From Candidatus Cloacimonadales bacterium (lineage in GTDB: Bacteria > Cloacimonadota > Cloacimonadia > Cloacimonadales > JAIOQZ01): DNA of 64,000 nt. The position numbers and the translations under genes were made by a program. Shown in pieces: positions 58,797 through 64,000 of this stretch; position 1 is the stretch's first letter, and each line of letters begins with the position of its first letter. The notes under the pieces are model-generated. The model was not told the DNA's origin and made no database searches. It was given only the letters and a program-made list of their open reading frames with translations. Location: positions 1,696,001 to 1,760,000 of the forward strand of contig CAXXTU010000002.1 of NCBI GenBank assembly GCA_963662655.2, in the 5' to 3' direction.

Positions 58797-61700
58797 ATGA
58801 GAAAAACGCTTTCATTTTTGACGCTTTTTGCGCTGGTATTGCCCATGCTGGCAATAGCGCTGAACGGAGACCCCAAGAGTTGGGATTCGAATGATTTCAT
58901 CGGCTTCGACCAGATTGGCGACAGCGATTTTGCGGATATCTCGTCAACGTATGCGCGAATCGAGGATGGCAGACTCTACTACCGCATCACGTTTGTGAAT
59001 ATGTCGCAGCGTAGCGATAACCGAATGACGGGCGACAGATTTGCCGACTCCGATGCAAGCTTGTCGCTGATGATAACGGATAACGCCCTGACTCAGGAAC
59101 TCAGTGTTCCGCTGTCGGATATCACGGTAAGAAACGGGCAATATCACTCGGTCAGAACGCCTCAGAACAACATGCTCGAGATCGAAATGCCGTGGAGCGG
59201 ATCAAGCAGCACTGAAACCGTTCGCTTCGATTGCTGCATTGAGCATGACGGCCGGATCGTCGAAAAGTTCACCGATCCATTGACCGATAGCGGTCGAGGT
59301 GGATCGCGCGGAGGCAATGCTGCGTTCGTTCATCACGGTAACCAGGGACTGACCTATACCGAGGTGTTTTACGGACAGTACCCGCAGGAAACCAGCGGAT
59401 TCGACGAGGTGCTGGAAGTCCACCAGGCAACGGGCATACCCGGTAATTTCCACATGTCTGGCACCCTGATGCCTGCCGCCGAATGGCACAATCCGGAGTT
59501 CAACGACTGGCTGGTAAACGGGGTCGAGAACGGCTACTGCGCCATGCTCTCATCTGCATTGGGACAGCACATCATGCCGTTCGTTCAGAATGAGATGAAC
59601 AACTGGGCCGTATCGGTCGAGAGCGATATGGTAGCGTACCGCTACGGATACGAACCGCATGTCGCCTGGGTTCCCGAACGCGTTTGGCTGAACCCGGGAG
59701 AATATCCCGAAGCCGGCGTTATTGACTGGCTTGGCGATAACTGGGTCCAGCATGGCGTCAATGCCGTGATCCTGGACGATAGCCCGCACCTCTGGTCCGG
59801 CGACAACCATAAAATCCACTGGATGAACAACAATCAGGGTATCACCCTCCGCTGCATACCCATCGATAACGAGTTCGTCGGATATATGCATTACGACGCA
59901 GGTAGCGCCATGAACCGCATCAACAGCACCGGCCAGTACGGAATCTGCGTTTACGGTACCGACTGGGAAGTGGCGGCCGAGATGAACGAACATCACGACT
60001 CCTCCTTCCTGGACAACTACGAAAGCGTCCTCTGGTACTGCCACGACAACTACCCTGCAGTCAATATCTGGGCGTTGGATTCCGCCATCAACAACAGCGA
60101 TTTCAACGGAAACGGCATCGACATCACGCCCGGAACGTACGGCCTTTGCGGAGGCGGGGACGGCTATGGCGGAAGCAACAACTCCTGGTACACCAACTGG
60201 GCGGGAACGGGATCGCACTCCGATCAGCACAGCCCACAATGGAACTACGGAACCGTATGGAACAACGCCTACGAAAACATCATGGCGAGCCCGGACAATA
60301 CCCTCTCGCAGCTCGCGTGGTATGTGCTTATGATCAACCTTCACGAAACCGCGTGGCACACAAGTGGAGAAATCGCAGACTGGGAGCACCGCTACTCGGC
60401 ACACATGAAGAACGCTAACGTTTACGCGGAAGCGTCTCGCTGGGCCAATGGGGACTACGAGCATACATCGGCGGCCTATCTCTCCGATATCGACAGAGAC
60501 GGCGTTGACGAGTTGGTGATGCACAACGATAAAATCTTTGCCGTTTTCGAATCGATCGGAGGACGCGCCCAGTGGATGTTCTGCAAAGACGGCAACGGAA
60601 ACGCTACATCCGTGGTCGGATCAGACGTAGCATACTACTCGGAAACGGACGGCGATTACAACGAAGGCTCCAGCAACCACGTCGCGGCTTTCTCGGATGT
60701 ATCGCCCAACTACCAGCACAGCCTGTACGCTTTCGATATTCTTCAGGGAGAAGGCGACCAGTTGATCGTTACTTTCACACATGAAGGAGTCTTCCGTTAT
60801 TGCACCCTCGATACAGGCAACAGTTACATCGATGTGAGCAACACTATCAATACCGGCGACCTCTACACCAAATCCGGCTGGACACCCGATCTGCTGGACA
60901 TTATTTGGTCCGGTAAATCACATATCCAACGCATGTGGGGAGATGACGCCTCCTACGCGGGACGGCGCAACAGCGCTACCGGCGCAACGGCAGCTTACGT
61001 GTTGGGAACCGCCGGCGCTTCGCACAACGGAACGTTTGAGGGCACCCTCGTGATGGGTGATGAAATCAAGGGCAGCGGTACTTTCCGTTACTTCCTTTAC
61101 GCCGGCTATACTTCCGATCCTTACGACGAATACTACACCAAGGTTACCGAGCTGGACAACCTCGCCACCCAGCTTGCTGACGATATCCCGCCGCAGATCG
61201 TGAACAGCGCTGCATATCATGCGGGAAACAATGTACTTCAGATCGTCTTCAACGAAGACGTGAGCCAGGCAACGGCGGAGAACGCAGACAACTACTCACT
61301 CAACGGATTCAGCGGCACGTACGAGGTTAGTGACGTGATGCTCTCCCACAGCCGCAAGGTCACCTTATGGCTCGATGGCACAATCCAGCCCGGAGACTCC
61401 GGCAACGTCATCGTAAGCGGCGTGGAAGACCTCAACGGAAACGTCATTCAGAACGGAGCAAACCAGGCAGCTCTCACATCCATGGTCATGCCCCACCTGG
61501 TTGGCACGATGAATAGCTGGACCCCTTCGAACCTCGACTACGATTTTGAAATCGTGGCAAACGGTCTGTGGAAACTCACGACCACCCTTCCGGCAGGATC
61601 CAATGAGTACAAGGTGATCGAATCCAACGATTGGGACAGTAACGACTGGCCGTCGGAGAACCAGATCATCGAGCTCGACGTCGATACGGAAATTACTTTC

Positions 61701-62375
61701 TGGGCGAACTGCGGGATGATGCCTCAGGTGAAATCGGGTGACGAATACGTTTGCCACAGCCCCAATCCACCGACTGTGGTCGGAGATTTCCTTTCCGAGA
61801 TCGGCGGTACCGACTGGAACCAGGAAACGACACTTACAAGCATGAACGACAACGGAACCGACGGTGACGAAGCTGCCGGAGACGGTCGTTTCAGCCTTCT
61901 GGTGAACATTCCAGGCGGCGATTACGAGTTCAAGGTAGTCCTCAATAACAACTGGGATCAGAACACATCCGGAAATGTAAACCTCCACATACCTTCGGCA
62001 GGATCGGAAGTGCTTTTCGTATACGAGATGTTCCAGAACCTTGTGTTCGTAAATGTTTTCAATGATGTTACGGAAGATCAGGCTGGCGATGTACCGGCGA
62101 TCCCGACAATCCAGTCTGTTTACCCGAATCCATTCAATCCGGACGTGAACATACGTTTCTCGCTTCCACACTCAGCGCATGTGGAAATCGACGTGTACAA
62201 CGTTGTTGGCCAGAAGGTTAAGAAACTCGTCAACGACATGATGGACGCAGGTAAACACAGCATTGTATGGCATGGCGATACCAATGAAGGGAAAACGTCA
62301 TCGTCCGGCGTGTATTTCTTCGTGTTGAAGACAGGCGACCAGAAATATGTGAAACGGGCGGTCATGATAAAATAG
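58797..62375 (+). CDS. Secreted GH57-like alpha-glucan-active enzyme with accessory beta-sandwich domains and FlgD-Ig CTD
   Basis: Signal peptide; HHGNQ, NFHMSGTL, WVPERVW, GTDWE resemble the GH57 conserved regions; VGTMNSW/YEFKV CBM-like repeats; VYPNPFNP CTD. Confidence 0.7.
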   Translation: MRKTLSFLTLFALVLPMLAIALNGDPKSWDSNDFIGFDQIGDSDFADISSTYARIEDGRLYYRITFVNMSQRSDNRMTGDRFADSDASLSLMITDNALTQELSVPLSDITVRNGQYHSVRTPQNNMLEIEMPWSGSSSTETVRFDCCIEHDGRIVEKFTDPLTDSGRGGSRGGNAAFVHHGNQGLTYTEVFYGQYPQETSGFDEVLEVHQATGIPGNFHMSGTLMPAAEWHNPEFNDWLVNGVENGYCAMLSSALGQHIMPFVQNEMNNWAVSVESDMVAYRYGYEPHVAWVPERVWLNPGEYPEAGVIDWLGDNWVQHGVNAVILDDSPHLWSGDNHKIHWMNNNQGITLRCIPIDNEFVGYMHYDAGSAMNRINSTGQYGICVYGTDWEVAAEMNEHHDSSFLDNYESVLWYCHDNYPAVNIWALDSAINNSDFNGNGIDITPGTYGLCGGGDGYGGSNNSWYTNWAGTGSHSDQHSPQWNYGTVWNNAYENIMASPDNTLSQLAWYVLMINLHETAWHTSGEIADWEHRYSAHMKNANVYAEASRWANGDYEHTSAAYLSDIDRDGVDELVMHNDKIFAVFESIGGRAQWMFCKDGNGNATSVVGSDVAYYSETDGDYNEGSSNHVAAFSDVSPNYQHSLYAFDILQGEGDQLIVTFTHEGVFRYCTLDTGNSYIDVSNTINTGDLYTKSGWTPDLLDIIWSGKSHIQRMWGDDASYAGRRNSATGATAAYVLGTAGASHNGTFEGTLVMGDEIKGSGTFRYFLYAGYTSDPYDEYYTKVTELDNLATQLADDIPPQIVNSAAYHAGNNVLQIVFNEDVSQATAENADNYSLNGFSGTYEVSDVMLSHSRKVTLWLDGTIQPGDSGNVIVSGVEDLNGNVIQNGANQAALTSMVMPHLVGTMNSWTPSNLDYDFEIVANGLWKLTTTLPAGSNEYKVIESNDWDSNDWPSENQIIELDVDTEITFWANCGMMPQVKSGDEYVCHSPNPPTVVGDFLSEIGGTDWNQETTLTSMNDNGTDGDEAAGDGRFSLLVNIPGGDYEFKVVLNNNWDQNTSGNVNLHIPSAGSEVLFVYEMFQNLVFVNVFNDVTEDQAGDVPAIPTIQSVYPNPFNPDVNIRFSLPHSAHVEIDVYNVVGQKVKKLVNDMMDAGKHSIVWHGDTNEGKTSSSGVYFFVLKTGDQKYVKRAVMIK

Positions 62376-62503
62376 GAACTGAGTTTGAAAAAGAAGGTTC
62401 GGAGGCGATAATCCGAAACCAGAATATACGGGGGTTGCATCGAGGATTGATCATGCGACCCCCGAAGCTTTGAGAATTGAGAAAATTGATCTTGCAGTAT
62501 GCC

Positions 62504-62628
62504 GCACGGGGCATCTTCGCCCGATCCCCGCTCCGGTGTGTATATACCACATCTTTGAACTATCGAACAAAATAATAAGATGTGGAACAACACACCTCCG
62601 CAGCGATCGAACGAATCTGCTCCCGCGC
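62504..62628. repeat. Dispersed structured hairpin element, copy 5
   Basis: GCATCTTCGCCCGATC...GGTGTG-TATATA-CCACATCTT...AAGATGTGG-AACAA-CACACC...GATCGAACGAATCTGC. Confidence 0.9.
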
Positions 62629-62661
62629 TTGTATTGTAAGCACTCACGAGAAGGAGAAATC

Positions 62662-62976
62662 ATGCAAGACATCCATGTAATATGCGAGTTGGTCGTTGTC
62701 ACCTACGACATAGGACCGAGCCTCTCGCCGTTTGTATCGCGCGTTGTGAAGCTGATCAAGGAAGATCGGAGGGTTGAGCATCAGCTCTGTCCTATGGGGT
62801 CGGTAATCGAAGGCCGTTGGGAGGATGTGATGAATCTTGTGGATCGCATCATGAGGACCTTCGCGCCGGATTTCGAGCGCGTGGGGATAACGTTGAAGGT
62901 CGATTATCGCCGGAGCAAGAAGGATCGGATCAGGGGTAAGGTGCAGTCGGTCGAAGAGAAGATGTCGAAGCTGTAA
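62662..62976 (+). CDS. MTH1187/YkoF thiamine-binding family protein
   Basis: SLSPFV, PMGSVIEG.WEDVM, RVGITLKVDYR..K...KVQSVEEK; AAGGAG RBS. Confidence 0.85.
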   Translation: MQDIHVICELVVVTYDIGPSLSPFVSRVVKLIKEDRRVEHQLCPMGSVIEGRWEDVMNLVDRIMRTFAPDFERVGITLKVDYRRSKKDRIRGKVQSVEEKMSKL

Positions 62977-63084
62977 TCGATTTTGCTGGTCACAATGGCG
63001 AATGAAAATAAAATTTGATTGACGAAATAGCAATTTGAGAACGTGTTACATAAAATATTAATTTCAACGATCGAGAGGAATAGT

Positions 63085-64000
63085 ATGAAGTATCGATTAC
63101 TGGCAATTTTTCTGATTCTCATCGCTTGCTTATCTGCACAGGAATTATCGGAGATGCGTGTAGTCGGCAATGCTCAGCGACTCGGCAATGAGATGGTGAG
63201 TCACAGCATCACGGACGCCAACGGCGAGATTTGCGCGGGTGTGGTGATCGTGTCGGATCTCATCGGTTTAACTTTCGACTCGTACAACGGCGTTGTGAAA
63301 GTCGATCAGTCCAAGCCGGGAGAAAGCACGCTTTACGTATCTCCGGGCGAGCGCGTGGTGCAGGTGTATAAAACCGGCTTCAAGCCTCTGAAGATCATGC
63401 TGTACGATTCGGGAATCCGGACACTGGAGAGTGGCCAGGTATGGAAGATCGAGATAACCGGCACCGTAAAGCTCGATATGATTCCGATCGTGATCAACAC
63501 AGATCCAGAGGGAGCATCCATATTTCTCGACGATGAGAATATCGGTACGGGAACGACGTTCAAAGCTGTTCCCGGAAAGCATAGACTGCGGGTGGAAATG
63601 CAAGGCTACGCGACCGGCGAGAAAGAGATCGAGGTCGATGTGGATCACATCCTGTTCGACATCAAGCTTCAGGAAATCTCGCAGCAGATCGTGACCATCA
63701 AATCCGTTCCTCCGGGAGCGACGATCTTTCTCAACAACATGCAGGAAGGCCAGACGGACAAGCAACTCCTGCGCTATCCGGGCATCTACGATCTGCGCCT
63801 CATGCTGGAGAAATACCGCACGGTGGAAGAGAAGATCACCATCTCCGAGAACGGCCCGAATACCTTTGCTTATACGCTGGAGAAGCTCGCGGCGACCCTG
63901 ACGGTTCAGGTCGTGCCGGCGGACGCCGAAATCTATCTGAACTCGCGGAAGCTTGATAGCAACGTCGTGGAGATATCTCCCGGAATGCACAAGCTGGAAG
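63085..64000 (+). CDS. Secreted PEGA-domain protein (truncated at the window end)
   Basis: ATG at 63085 after GAGG; signal peptide MKYRLLAIFLILIACLSA; INTDPEGASIFLD and IKSVPPGATIFLN repeats; not in the ORF track because there is no stop in the window. Confidence 0.8.
   Translation, partial: MKYRLLAIFLILIACLSAQELSEMRVVGNAQRLGNEMVSHSITDANGEICAGVVIVSDLIGLTFDSYNGVVKVDQSKPGESTLYVSPGERVVQVYKTGFKPLKIMLYDSGIRTLESGQVWKIEITGTVKLDMIPIVINTDPEGASIFLDDENIGTGTTFKAVPGKHRLRVEMQGYATGEKEIEVDVDHILFDIKLQEISQQIVTIKSVPPGATIFLNNMQEGQTDKQLLRYPGIYDLRLMLEKYRTVEEKITISENGPNTFAYTLEKLAATLTVQVVPADAEIYLNSRKLDSNVVEISPGMHKLE

Noticed and set aside
1..64000. tRNA, rRNA or known riboswitches
   Set aside because: No cloverleaf with a T-loop signature, rRNA segment or recognisable riboswitch core was seen by eye. 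A tRNAscan/Rfam run would be needed to exclude them.

Overview
A 64-kb bacterial chromosomal window. The secreted proteins with 'NYPNPFNP...IYNxxGQKVKxL' FlgD-Ig/T9SS-like C-termini suggest a Cloacimonadota-like anaerobe (inference). Gene content: an Rrf2 regulator with a sulfate ABC operon; envelope and signalling genes; an etfA-amidohydrolase-queE-ispG-Omp85 operon; an orphan BtrH-like/ABC/ACP module; a 1.8-kaa Ser/Thr kinase-NTPase-TPR-GAF-His kinase hybrid; an IS4-like element with an 18-bp flanking direct repeat at the start of a CHAP gene; a 2151-aa beta-helix surface protein; and a secreted GH57-like enzyme. The most unusual observations are four. (1) Five dispersed copies of a long hairpin whose stems change in sequence but keep pairing, with conserved bulges and mismatches. 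(2) A stand-alone phage-type terS-terL-portal module with its own sigma70-like promoter and no capsid or integrase, bracketed by two of these hairpins in inverted orientation; one hairpin carries a 72-bp tandem array in its loop. (3) A detached cI/cro-like switch with face-to-face promoters and palindromic operators. (4) A near-perfect four-way-junction element of about 180 nt at 58.5 kb. All calls come from motif reading by eye; no database searches were run.
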